Shown one piece after another: positions 20,002 through 29,169 of a DNA stretch of 64,000 bases. Under the pieces are notes generated by a model. The model made no database searches. It saw only the letters and a program-made list of their open reading frames with translations, and was not told the DNA's origin. Location: positions 1-64,000 of the forward strand of contig CBDANQ010000058.1 in assembly GCA_965197725.1 (NCBI GenBank), in the 5' to 3' direction. How positions within the stretch are numbered: position 1 is the first letter of the stretch; each line of letters opens with the position of its first letter. This DNA is from Longimicrobiales bacterium. Its GTDB lineage: Bacteria > Gemmatimonadota > Gemmatimonadetes > Longimicrobiales > Gaopeijiaceae. Position numbers and translations under genes: made by a program.

Positions 20002-20045
20002 CCGATGGCTCTGACGACATCGAGCCCCTCGGGCATGGAGGCAGC

Positions 20046-21107
20046 ATGATGTTCGAAACGATCCTGGTCGGCGCACTCGCGATTGGGGCGCTATCGACCG
20101 AGGCGGCGGCACCCACCGAGCCGCCGGACCCGCTCCGTGACCCTGTTCGCGTCGTCACGACTCTTCCGATCTACGCGGAATTGGTCAGGGAGATCGGGGG
20201 GTCCGAGGTCGAGGTGACTTCCATCGCCAACCCCAATGAGGACGCTCACTTCGTACGTCCCAAGCCGAGCTTCGCGCGCGACCTGAGGCGGGCGGAGGCC
20301 TTCGTCACGACGGGTCTCGATCTGGAACTGTGGGTCCCGATCCTCCTCGACCGCGCCGGCAACGGTGACGTATTGGAGGGCGGCCGCGGATACATCACGG
20401 CATACACGGGAATCGAGCTGCTCGATATCCCAGTTTCCGCGGACCGGAGTGGGGGCGACGTCCACATCTTCGGCAACCCCCACCTGACGACCGATCCGCT
20501 GCGCACGGTCCAGGTCGCGCGCAACATCACCGTTGGACTCAAGCGAGTCGCACCGGACCGCGCCGCCCACTTCGACGTCGGGCTCGCCGCCTTCACCGCC
20601 CGCGTGCACCGTCGCCTCTTCGGCGACAGGCTCGTCGAATTGCTCGGAGCACAGACCCTGGAACAGTTGGCGCTCAACCGCACGCTCTACGACTTCCTCG
20701 GCACGCAGGAATTCGATGGCAAGCCGCTCATCGAGGAGTTGGGTGGGTGGCTCGCTATCGCGGAGCCCTTTCGCGACCAACGGCTCATCTGCTACCACAA
20801 GAACTGGGCTTATTTCGAAGACCGCTTCGACGTTCGGTGCGCCGACTACGTCGAGGCAAAACCCGGCATCGCGCCGACTCCCCGACACGTCGGACGCCTC
20901 ATTCGGCGGATGCAGGAAGAGAACCTCGACGTTGTGCTCGCCGCGACCTACTTCGACAGAAGCAAGGTCGAGACCGTGGCCACCCGGGGTGGTGCGGCGT
21001 TGGTCCAAGTGCCCCTTTCGCCGGGTGCCCGCGAGGGGATCGACGACTACTTCACGCTCGTGGACACCTGGGTGAACGAGCTCGCCAAGGCATTCCTGAG
21101 CCGATGA
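20046..21107 (+). CDS. Metal ABC substrate-binding protein (ZnuA/TroA family)
   Basis: VVTTLP, EDAHFVRPKPS, GLDLE, GDVHIFGNPH, YHKNWAYF and PGIAPTPRH motifs. Confidence 0.9.
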   Translation: MMFETILVGALAIGALSTEAAAPTEPPDPLRDPVRVVTTLPIYAELVREIGGSEVEVTSIANPNEDAHFVRPKPSFARDLRRAEAFVTTGLDLELWVPILLDRAGNGDVLEGGRGYITAYTGIELLDIPVSADRSGGDVHIFGNPHLTTDPLRTVQVARNITVGLKRVAPDRAAHFDVGLAAFTARVHRRLFGDRLVELLGAQTLEQLALNRTLYDFLGTQEFDGKPLIEELGGWLAIAEPFRDQRLICYHKNWAYFEDRFDVRCADYVEAKPGIAPTPRHVGRLIRRMQEENLDVVLAATYFDRSKVETVATRGGAALVQVPLSPGAREGIDDYFTLVDTWVNELAKAFLSR

Positions 21108-21126
21108 CGTCCGAGCGGAGCGTGGA

Positions 21127-21978
21127 ATGCTCGACCTGATGATTCCGCCCATCGTGGCGGCGCTGATCATCCTCTCGATTCACGCGTATCTGGGACTGCA
21201 CGTGATCGGTAGGGAGGTGATTTTCGTGGACCTCGCGTTCGCCCAGATCGCGGCTCTCGGGTCGACGGTCGCCCTACTGATGGGCATCGAGCTTGGAACG
21301 ACACCTTCTCTGCTTTTCGCGCTCGGATTCACGCTGCTGGGCGCGTTGCTCTTCTCTGTCACGCGCCTGGAAAAATCGGCGGTGCCGCAGGAGGCGATCA
21401 TCGGCATCTCCTACGTTCTCGCCTCGGCGGCTGTGATCCTGATCGCGGGGCTCACCGCAGAGGGCGCGGAACACCTCCGTGAAACGATGACCGGGACGCT
21501 GATCTGGGTCGGGTGGGGCGACATCTGGAGGCTCGCTGGGGTCTACGCCGTTCTGGGCGTCTTCCACTTCGTGATGCGTAAGCGATTTCTACGCGTCACG
21601 TTCGACCCGGAAAACACCGACAAGGTCAAGATGTGGGACTTCCTGTTCTACGTGTCATTCGGGATCATGATCTCCTTCTCGGTCGAGATCGCCGGCGTCC
21701 TCATGGTCTTCAGCGCGCTCGTCATCCCGGCCGTGATCGCCTTTCTTTACACGAGCCGATTCGGTCGTGCGCTGCTGATCGCGTGGGGGGCGGGAATGGT
21801 GGCGGTCGTGGGAGGCATCGGCACGTCGTTCTACCTCGATATCGCGACCGGTCCTTTGCTCGTGTGCGCCTTCGGGGTAGTCCTCGTGATCGCGGTGGGC
21901 CTTCGGCCATTGCTGGGCGTCCACCCCGAGGGGAAAATCACCGTGCCGAGTCTGCGCGGGGACGGCAAGGCCCCCTAG
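21127..21978 (+). CDS. Metal ABC transporter permease (ZnuB/ABC-3 family)
   Basis: LGLHVIGREVIFVDLAFAQIAALG, QEAIIG and GVLMVFSALVIPA motifs. Confidence 0.88.
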   Translation: MLDLMIPPIVAALIILSIHAYLGLHVIGREVIFVDLAFAQIAALGSTVALLMGIELGTTPSLLFALGFTLLGALLFSVTRLEKSAVPQEAIIGISYVLASAAVILIAGLTAEGAEHLRETMTGTLIWVGWGDIWRLAGVYAVLGVFHFVMRKRFLRVTFDPENTDKVKMWDFLFYVSFGIMISFSVEIAGVLMVFSALVIPAVIAFLYTSRFGRALLIAWGAGMVAVVGGIGTSFYLDIATGPLLVCAFGVVLVIAVGLRPLLGVHPEGKITVPSLRGDGKAP

Positions 21979-22154
21979 CACGAAACTCTGCAAAGTTTGC
22001 CCCAGGCGGAATAGGATCCCCCCTCCGAGATTGAGACAACCCGCCCTCGAAGACCCAGGCGTACTCGCAACTCGTTCACCGACAAGGTGTTACGCGTACC
22101 GCTCGACGCGTGTGCACCGCTGGCACATGTGGGCACAGGACTTGAACTATCGAT

Positions 22155-22607
22155 ATGACCAGCGCCGACAGTGGCGCTCTCAATCCAGAAATACGGCAGG
22201 AGGCCCTGATGCGCGTAGCGGCCGATGGATATATTGATATAAGTGACGGGCGGCGGGTCCGGACACCCGGGTACCACGACCACACGGTCGAACCCGTGCC
22301 GGAAGCTGAAGCTCTCTCCTATATACTGTCCCACAGCTTCCCCGGACACCGCCGCATCGTCCGCGCCCTCAGGCTCGACGAGCGTAAGCGTGTCAGGCTC
22401 GCGATGTGGGCGGGCTCCGTTTCGGAACGCATGACCCTCATGGATCGGGTCTGGCGTGCCATCACTCAGCCCGTGCCCCCACCGAAAGACCCGAATGAGC
22501 CGCAGCTCCTCCAGGTTATCCAGTTCGAGCACTGGGCCTATCCCATCTACCTCGACGGCTCATACACGAGAGTGATCCCCCGCGGTGGCGCGTTGTGCGG
22601 AAGATGA
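22155..22607 (+). CDS. Hypothetical protein, possibly truncated
   Basis: 150-aa ORF with protein-like composition; no motif recognised. Confidence 0.5.
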   Translation: MTSADSGALNPEIRQEALMRVAADGYIDISDGRRVRTPGYHDHTVEPVPEAEALSYILSHSFPGHRRIVRALRLDERKRVRLAMWAGSVSERMTLMDRVWRAITQPVPPPKDPNEPQLLQVIQFEHWAYPIYLDGSYTRVIPRGGALCGR

Positions 22608-22735
22608 CCCGTTCGTAGTTGGAGGAAGTTGACGGCTTAGCTCAGGGCCGGGAACGCCAGTCACATCGGTGAACCCGGGATAGCGCCCGCGCCCGATCTG
22701 GGCCGGGCCTCCACGCCCTGGGGGGGGCGTGCCAA

Positions 22736-22777
22736 GAGTGGCGGTAGGTGTTTGCACCTATCGTCACTCGCTTTTTT
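22736..22777 (+). terminator. Rho-independent terminator
   Basis: GAGTGGCGGTAGGTG-TTTG-CACCTATCGTCACTC 15-bp stem (2 G-U pairs) followed by GC-TTTTTT. Confidence 0.65.
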
Positions 22778-22881
22778 GTATGCGGGAGCCGCAGGCCACT
22801 AACCTCCTGAAACGATTCAAGGCCGGTCCGCCTCAGCGGACCGACCTCTCAGTGGCAGTGGCGCTCTAGTACCAATCTATT

Positions 22882-23001
22882 CTAGCCCATCGCGTCGCGC
22901 GCCAACATCGCGATGGCAATCAAAGCCAAGACGACAACAACGGACGGGCCGAACAGCCCAACCCGGTCTCCCAGCTTCAGTTCGTTTCGTGAATAAATCA
23001 T
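22882..23001 (-). CDS. 39-aa single-TM small protein
   Basis: MIYSRNELKLGDRVGLFGPSVVVVLALIAIAMLARDAMG; GGGAG SD; downstream hairpin at ~22820-22847. Confidence 0.5.
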   Translation of the reverse strand: MIYSRNELKLGDRVGLFGPSVVVVLALIAIAMLARDAMG

Positions 23002-23271
23002 CGTCCCACTCCCTTGTCTTGTACCCAGCGGCCCCATGCCGCGCCTAGTATTTAGCAAGCCCCGTGCCACTCGAGTCCCGAAGGGAGCCCGGGAGCCGTC
23101 ACGATTCGTATAACCGCCTATACATCACCAAGATACACTTGGAGAAAAGGAAACCGACGTGCCGATCACTCCCTGCCATTTCGACCGAACTGTCCGTTAA
23201 TGGTGACAGCAACCGCGCCCGTGCGACGGATTTGGCAGAAAGGACACGCAGATCGCCCGACGGTCCCTCAA

Positions 23272-24657
23272 TCAGCCAGGCAACCCCGGCTCAGTCATCC
23301 CCCGCACGTCCAAAGCTTCGTCGATCTGATCGTCCGGCAAGAGCCCCTTCTCGGCGACCACCTCCCGCACGCTCAACCCGCGCTTTGCCGACTCCTTCGC
23401 GACCACAGACGCCGCGTCATAACCGATGTACGGGTTGAGCGCTGTGGCGATCGACGGGTTCTTTTCGAGTAGTTCCTGCGCCCGCTCGGTGTTCACCTCG
23501 ATGCCAGCGACGCACTTGTCGGCGAACGCGGTGGCGATGTTTGACAGCAGGGTGATCGACTCGAGCACGGCTTGCGCGAGCACCGGCATCATCACGTTCA
23601 ACTCGAAATTACCTCGGCTTCCCGCGACGGTAATGGTGGTGTGATTCCCCATCACGCGTGCGCAGACCATCATCATCGCCTCAGACATGACCGGGTTGAC
23701 CTTGCCCGGCATGATCGACGAGCCTGGCTGGATCGCGGGCAGCTTGATCTCGTGGATCCCCGACGTGGGGCCCGAGCCGAGCCACCGGATGTCGTCCGCA
23801 ATCTTCATGAGACTCGTCGCGACAGTGTTAAGCGCGCCCGCAGTGCTAACCGCGGCATCTTTCGCGGCCTGGGCCTCGAAGTGGTCGTGTGCCTCTCGGA
23901 ATGAGATGCCCGTGGCCTCGGAAATGCGAGCGATCGTCTTCCTAGCGAAGTCCTCGTGCGTGTTGATCCCTGTCCCGGTCGCGGTTCCGCCGAGCGCCAG
24001 CTCCTCGAGCTCACCGGAAGCCCGCGTCACACGTTCGACGCCCTTCGCGACCTGGGTGGCGTATCCCCGAAACTCCTGGCCGAGACGGACCGGGGTAGCG
24101 TCCATGAGGTGCGTGCGACCCGACTTCACCACGCCGTCGAACTCGTCGGCCTTCGCGGCGAGCGCGGACCTCAGGTGCTCGAGTCCGGGAAGCAGTTGTT
24201 GCTCGACCGCGACGAGTGCTGACACGTGGATCGCGGTCGGGATGACATCGTTGGAGGACTGCCCGAGGTTCACATGATCGTTCGGGTGGACCTTGTCGCC
24301 GCGGATCTGGGATGCGCGGTGAGCCACGACCTCGTTGACGTTCATGTTCGTCGACGTACCCGAGCCGGTCTGGTAGATGTCGAGCACGAACTGGTCGTCC
24401 CACTTGCCGTCCGCGACCTCTCCGGCCGCCTGAGCGATCGCATCCGCGATGTCGGCGTCCAGGTTGCCGAGCTCCAGGTTCGTCTGCGCCGCCGACTTCT
24501 TGACGAGCCCGAGCGCTTCGATGAAGCGGGGCCCAAAACGCTGACCGCTGATGGGGAAGTTCTCCACCGCCCGCTGAGTCTGGGCGCCGTAGAGCGCGTC
24601 CTCGGGAACCCGCATCTCGCCGAGGGAGTCCTTCTCGATCCGATATCCGTCAGCCAT
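23272..24657 (-). CDS. fumC: Fumarate hydratase class II
   Basis: YQTGSGTSTNMN, QSSND, GRTHLMDA and GSSIMPGKVNP motifs. Confidence 0.95.
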   Translation of the reverse strand: MADGYRIEKDSLGEMRVPEDALYGAQTQRAVENFPISGQRFGPRFIEALGLVKKSAAQTNLELGNLDADIADAIAQAAGEVADGKWDDQFVLDIYQTGSGTSTNMNVNEVVAHRASQIRGDKVHPNDHVNLGQSSNDVIPTAIHVSALVAVEQQLLPGLEHLRSALAAKADEFDGVVKSGRTHLMDATPVRLGQEFRGYATQVAKGVERVTRASGELEELALGGTATGTGINTHEDFARKTIARISEATGISFREAHDHFEAQAAKDAAVSTAGALNTVATSLMKIADDIRWLGSGPTSGIHEIKLPAIQPGSSIMPGKVNPVMSEAMMMVCARVMGNHTTITVAGSRGNFELNVMMPVLAQAVLESITLLSNIATAFADKCVAGIEVNTERAQELLEKNPSIATALNPYIGYDAASVVAKESAKRGLSVREVVAEKGLLPDDQIDEALDVRGMTEPGLPG

Positions 24658-24731
24658 GGGAGACGCGTCTCTCCTTGAAGGGTCTTTGCGTGCTGGAAAG
24701 GCGGGGCGGCCCTGCCCCACCCATCTGAAAT

Positions 24732-25439
24732 CTACTGCTTCGGCTGACTCGGGCGCATCTCGATCCGACTCACGTGGGCCTCCTTGGGATACGACAGGAC
24801 CTGCAGCACCGCCGCGGCACAGTCGTCGACGTGCAGCCGCCACGTCCGCTCGGGCACCTGTTGGCGATCATTGAAGTAGCTGTCGACGCTGCCCGGCATC
24901 ACGATACTCACGCGCACATCATCGTACCGGACGTCGAGCATCATCGCCTCGGTCAAGCCCAGCACTCCGAACTTGCTCGCGTTGTATCCAGTGCCGCCGG
25001 CGAACGGGTTCCGGCTCGCCAGCGACGCGATGTTGATGATGAAGCCGTCGCTCGTGACGCTCAGGTGGGGCAGCGCCGCCTTCGAGCAATAGAAGACACC
25101 CCCGAGGTTCACATCGACCTGGAGCTTCCACTCGTCCACGGTCATCTCGGAGATCGACTTGAAGATGCCCAAGCCTGCGTTGTTCACGAGGACGTCCAGT
25201 CGGCCGAAGCGCTCGACGGTCGCGTCGACGAGTCGCTGGCATTGGCTGGCGTCACCCACGTCCGCGACGATCCCTAGCGCACGCTCTCCAAGGGCATCCG
25301 CGGCGGTCTCGACGTCGCGCGCTGAACGGGCGTTCACGACGACCGAGGCGCCCGCCTCCAGCAGGTGCTCGGCGATGGCCCGACCGATACCCTTAGTGCT
25401 TCCCGTAACGATCGCGACCTTGCCGGTCAGGGCGGGCAT
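24732..25439 (-). CDS. SDR family oxidoreductase
   Basis: TGSTKGIG, NNAG and YNASK motifs. Confidence 0.92.
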   Translation of the reverse strand: MPALTGKVAIVTGSTKGIGRAIAEHLLEAGASVVVNARSARDVETAADALGERALGIVADVGDASQCQRLVDATVERFGRLDVLVNNAGLGIFKSISEMTVDEWKLQVDVNLGGVFYCSKAALPHLSVTSDGFIINIASLASRNPFAGGTGYNASKFGVLGLTEAMMLDVRYDDVRVSIVMPGSVDSYFNDRQQVPERTWRLHVDDCAAAVLQVLSYPKEAHVSRIEMRPSQPKQ

Positions 25440-25501
25440 TTCGACCTCTTTCGTATTTGGATGAAGACAGGCCTCGGGCCTGAAGGGCTATGAGAGTGGC
25501 C

Positions 25502-26257
25502 ATGACCGACCAGAATCCGCAACGCGTCGCACTGGTGACCGGTGGAGCCATCCGCGTGGGCCGGGCCATCACGTTGGCGCTCGCCGGCGCGGCGTACGAC
25601 GTCTTGATCAGCTACCGCTCCTCGGCAGGGCCGGCGGAGGAGACCCGAGCGGCCGTCGAGTCCTTGGGGCGACGCTGCGAGACGGTGCGTGCGGACCTCA
25701 CAGTGCCATCCTCGGCGGACATCGTGATCGACGCGGTGCGAGACACGTTTGGCCGGCTCGACCTCGTCGTGAACTCGGCGGCGAGTTTCGACGAGCGCGC
25801 CCTTCTCGACGTGGATGCGGAGGCGTGGGACACGGTCGTGAGCCTCAATGCGCGCGCGCCACACTTGGTCGTGCGCGCCGCGGCCGACCTTCTGCGCGAG
25901 GCGCGCGGGAGCGTGGTGAACATCGTCGACCTGTCCGCGTTTCAGCCATGGACCGACCACCCCGCGCATTCCGTCGCAAAGGCCGCGCTGGCCCACCTGA
26001 CGCGCATACAGGCGCGTGCGCTCGCCCCCGAGATCCGCGTGAACGGGATCGCGCCCGGAGCGGTGTCGCCGCCGAACGGCTGGCCCCCCGAACGGTGGCA
26101 CGCACTGGCGCAGATCGCCCCGCTGCAGCGGGTCGGCTCACCGCAGGACGTAGCTCAGGCCGTGCTCTTCTTCGCGCGAGCAGAATTCGTCACAGGCCAA
26201 ATCCTAGCCGTGGACGGCGGGCTGCTGCTCGGCCCCGCGCGGCCTCCCAGAGAGTGA
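25502..26257 (+). CDS. SDR family oxidoreductase, pteridine-reductase-like
   Basis: TGGAIRVG (Arg-type cofactor loop), VNSAA, VNIVD and LAPEIRVNGIAPG; HSVAK at the YxxxK position. Confidence 0.78.
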   Translation: MTDQNPQRVALVTGGAIRVGRAITLALAGAAYDVLISYRSSAGPAEETRAAVESLGRRCETVRADLTVPSSADIVIDAVRDTFGRLDLVVNSAASFDERALLDVDAEAWDTVVSLNARAPHLVVRAAADLLREARGSVVNIVDLSAFQPWTDHPAHSVAKAALAHLTRIQARALAPEIRVNGIAPGAVSPPNGWPPERWHALAQIAPLQRVGSPQDVAQAVLFFARAEFVTGQILAVDGGLLLGPARPPRE

Positions 26258-27241
26258 TGGCTCAGAGACACTGCCGTGCGTGAGCCAACGCTCGGCCTCG
26301 AGAGCCGCCATGCAGCCCGTGCCGGCGGCCGTAACTGCCTGACGGTAGAAATCGTCCATCACGTCGCCAGCCGCGAAGACGCCGGGCACGGACGTCCGCG
26401 TCCGCCACGGGATCGGCGTCTCGACGTACCCGCTGTCCTTGAGCTTCACGGCGTCTCCGAGGAAGCCACTGTTCGGCGTGTGGCCGATCGCCACGAAGAG
26501 CCCTCCGACCTCGAGCTCGCTCTCTTCGCCAGTCACGGTGTCCTCGAGCTTGAGGCTCGTGACCGTCTCTTCGCCGACGACTTCGGTGACGACCTTATTC
26601 CACTCGACACGGATCTTGGGATCCGCGATCGCCCGTTCGGCCATGATCTTCGAGGCTCGGAACTCGTCGCGGCGGTGCACGATCACGACCTCCTCGGCGA
26701 ACTTGGTGAGGTACAACGCGTCCTCCATCGCCGAGTCCCCACCACCGATCACCGCGAGCTTCTGATTACGAAAGTGGGGTAGCGCACCGTCACAGACCGC
26801 GCATGCGCTCACGCCACCGCCGGACTGCGCTAGTCGCTGCTCGTTCGCGTCGCCGAGCCACTTCGCATTCGCACCCGTCGCGAGGATGACCGAGTCGGCA
26901 AGAACCTCGGTGCCGGTGCTGGAGACGAGCCGGAACGGGTACTGATCGAAGTCGACTTCGACGATGTCTTCCCAGACCGACCGGGCCCCGAAGCGCAACG
27001 CCTGGTCCTTCATCTCCAACATTAGGTCCGGACCCATCACGCTCTCCTTGAACCCCGGGTAGTTCTCGACCTCGGTCGTGAACATGAGCTGGCCGCCAGG
27101 AATCATCGTGCGGCTGCCCGCCCCTTCGAAGACGAACGGCTCCATTTGGGCACGTGCGGCATAAATCGCCGCGGTCCATGCAGCCGGTCCGGATCCAATG
27201 ATGACGACGGTCTCCCGCTCCCGGACTCCGGTGTCCGTCAT
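26204..27241 (-). CDS. trxB: Thioredoxin-disulfide reductase
   Basis: GSGPAA, VENYPGF, CAVCDG, GGGDSA, HRRDEFRAS and YRQAVTAAG motifs. Confidence 0.95.
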   Translation of the reverse strand: MTDTGVRERETVVIIGSGPAAWTAAIYAARAQMEPFVFEGAGSRTMIPGGQLMFTTEVENYPGFKESVMGPDLMLEMKDQALRFGARSVWEDIVEVDFDQYPFRLVSSTGTEVLADSVILATGANAKWLGDANEQRLAQSGGGVSACAVCDGALPHFRNQKLAVIGGGDSAMEDALYLTKFAEEVVIVHRRDEFRASKIMAERAIADPKIRVEWNKVVTEVVGEETVTSLKLEDTVTGEESELEVGGLFVAIGHTPNSGFLGDAVKLKDSGYVETPIPWRTRTSVPGVFAAGDVMDDFYRQAVTAAGTGCMAALEAERWLTHGSVSEPSLSGRPRGAEQQPAVHG

Positions 27242-27452
27242 AGTGCTCCTACTCTTTGAAGACTTTCATATTGGTGGCATGGCCCGGGTTTACGCGTGCA
27301 GTCGGGTCCACATAGTGAACGCTCCAACGATGGTAAGGTCCCGCATTTCGCTTGCCATAAGGTCACTGACAAGCTATTGGCTGCGCGCGGCCCACGCCGT
27401 CTCGTCAACAACCATGCAATGTAACCGTGCGACAAAGCCCGCCCAACGGGCC

Positions 27453-28715
27453 TCAGGTACGGGTAGTGACACCCCCGCCGCGATAGAGATCGGAGGTCTT
27501 GTATCGCGCGAGACCGCGAACGACCAGCAGCTTGAGCCCGGCGGCGATGGGGACGCCGATCAGCAATCCGACGAAACCGAAGAAGAAGCCACCGAGCGCG
27601 AGGGAGAGCACGACCCACACAGGGTGGAGACCGACCGAGTCGCCCACGACGCGCGGGCTGATCACCGTTCCCTCGAGCAACTGAGCGATCGTGTAGACCA
27701 CAGCCACTTTGAGGAGCGAAGCGACCACGCTCCCGCTGACCAACGCGATGAACAACGCGGGCACTAGGCTCAGCGCGAGGCCGAGATACGGCACCACCGA
27801 GAGCACGCCGACCATGAGGCCGAGCGTGCCCGCATAAGGGAAGCTCGCGATCCACAGGCCCAGGCCGGTGATGACTCCGACCGCGGCGGCCACCGTGAGC
27901 TGGCCCCGCAGGTAGCGCGACAGCAAGGCGTCGTAGTCCTTGGCGAACGAAGTGACCTCAGCCTGGTTCTCCAGCGGCAAGAGTTCGCCGAACGTCCTGG
28001 TGATCCTGTCCCAGTCCCTGAGCAGGTAAAAAGTCAGGACCGGAGTCAGGACCACGTAACTCACGAGGCCCATGAGGGAGCCGATGCCGCGCCCGAGTCC
28101 CAACACACCACTGGTAATCCAGCCTCTGAGCGCCTCCTGGCGCTCCTGTAAGAACACGACCACGGCATCCGAGTCGATCCCGCGCAACCGGGCGAGCATC
28201 GCGTCCTCATCCACGAACGGCAGGTTCACGGCGAGTAGGCGCTCCCGAAGCGCCTCGAGTGAGTCTGCGAGACGGGCCAGAAATAAGGGTGCCTGTCCGG
28301 CTAGCTCGCCGAGTTGGGAAAGCGCCGCCGGCACGGCGAGGAAGATCAGCGCTGCAAGGATTCCCACCACGGGAAGGGTCAGAAGCACGATCGCGAGCGC
28401 TCGCGGCACGCTCCGACGTTCCAAGGCATCCACTACGGGGTCGAGCGCGTACGCGAGCACCACCGCCAACACGAACGGAGCCAGCAGGGAGCCGGTCGTG
28501 GAGAGTAGCCAGATCATCGTCAGCACGCTCGCTGTGACCAGCAGCGCCATGTGGCCCTCCTTACCGCGGAAGGGGAGCAGCACGGCCCAAAGCAGGAAGA
28601 ACCCCAACAACGGGTTGAGGATCGTGCGCGTGGCGTACAAAAAGAAGCCGAGGACGAGGAGAACCGCCGCTGCCTCGACAGCGCGCCAGACGGTGAGCTG
28701 CGTGCTGTCGCTCAT
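27453..28715 (-). CDS. AI-2E family transporter
   Basis: LAYALDP, YLRGQL, VPYLG and PRVVGDSVGLHP motifs. Confidence 0.9.
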   Translation of the reverse strand: MSDSTQLTVWRAVEAAAVLLVLGFFLYATRTILNPLLGFFLLWAVLLPFRGKEGHMALLVTASVLTMIWLLSTTGSLLAPFVLAVVLAYALDPVVDALERRSVPRALAIVLLTLPVVGILAALIFLAVPAALSQLGELAGQAPLFLARLADSLEALRERLLAVNLPFVDEDAMLARLRGIDSDAVVVFLQERQEALRGWITSGVLGLGRGIGSLMGLVSYVVLTPVLTFYLLRDWDRITRTFGELLPLENQAEVTSFAKDYDALLSRYLRGQLTVAAAVGVITGLGLWIASFPYAGTLGLMVGVLSVVPYLGLALSLVPALFIALVSGSVVASLLKVAVVYTIAQLLEGTVISPRVVGDSVGLHPVWVVLSLALGGFFFGFVGLLIGVPIAAGLKLLVVRGLARYKTSDLYRGGGVTTRT

Positions 28716-29161
28716 TTGCTCTCAAGGCCCTCCATAACCACCTGCTGAGCGACCTTCATTACCTCGCCAGCGTTGTCGTAGGTGATCTTCTTGTGCGCCT
28801 CCGCGAGTGGGACCCACAGGCTGTCCGAGATCCCTTCGGCCTTCTCGGGGATGGTGTCGCCGACATCCGAATACATCAGGTAGAACGTGGTGAACTTGTG
28901 GATCTGGACGCCCTGGGCGCGAAAGTACCAGTCGATGGTGACGAGCTCGGCGCCCAGCCGAAGGTCCTCGAGGCCCGTCTCTTCCGCCACCTCACGAAGC
29001 GCCGCCCCGGCTGAGGTCTCGTTGTCCTCGAGGTGCCCCTTCGGCAAGCCCCAGTTCCGGTACGGATCTCGGATCACAAGGGCATGTTTCACCCCCCCGA
29101 TCTCTCGTAGGACTACTCCCCCCGCGCTCTTCTCGACCCTGATCGGCTGACTCGTCGACAC
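28712..29161 (-). CDS. NUDIX hydrolase
   Basis: Nudix box GHLEDNETSAGAALREVAEETG; SAGGVV. Confidence 0.9.
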   Translation of the reverse strand: MSTSQPIRVEKSAGGVVLREIGGVKHALVIRDPYRNWGLPKGHLEDNETSAGAALREVAEETGLEDLRLGAELVTIDWYFRAQGVQIHKFTTFYLMYSDVGDTIPEKAEGISDSLWVPLAEAHKKITYDNAGEVMKVAQQVVMEGLESK

Positions 29162-29169
29162 GTCAGAAG

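Noticed and set aside
22621..22712. SRP RNA, ZTP or cobalamin riboswitch, or 6S RNA
   Set aside because: Only short motif echoes (TCAGG..GGAA, GTGACTGGCG, CCCTGAGC); the remaining conserved elements were not found.
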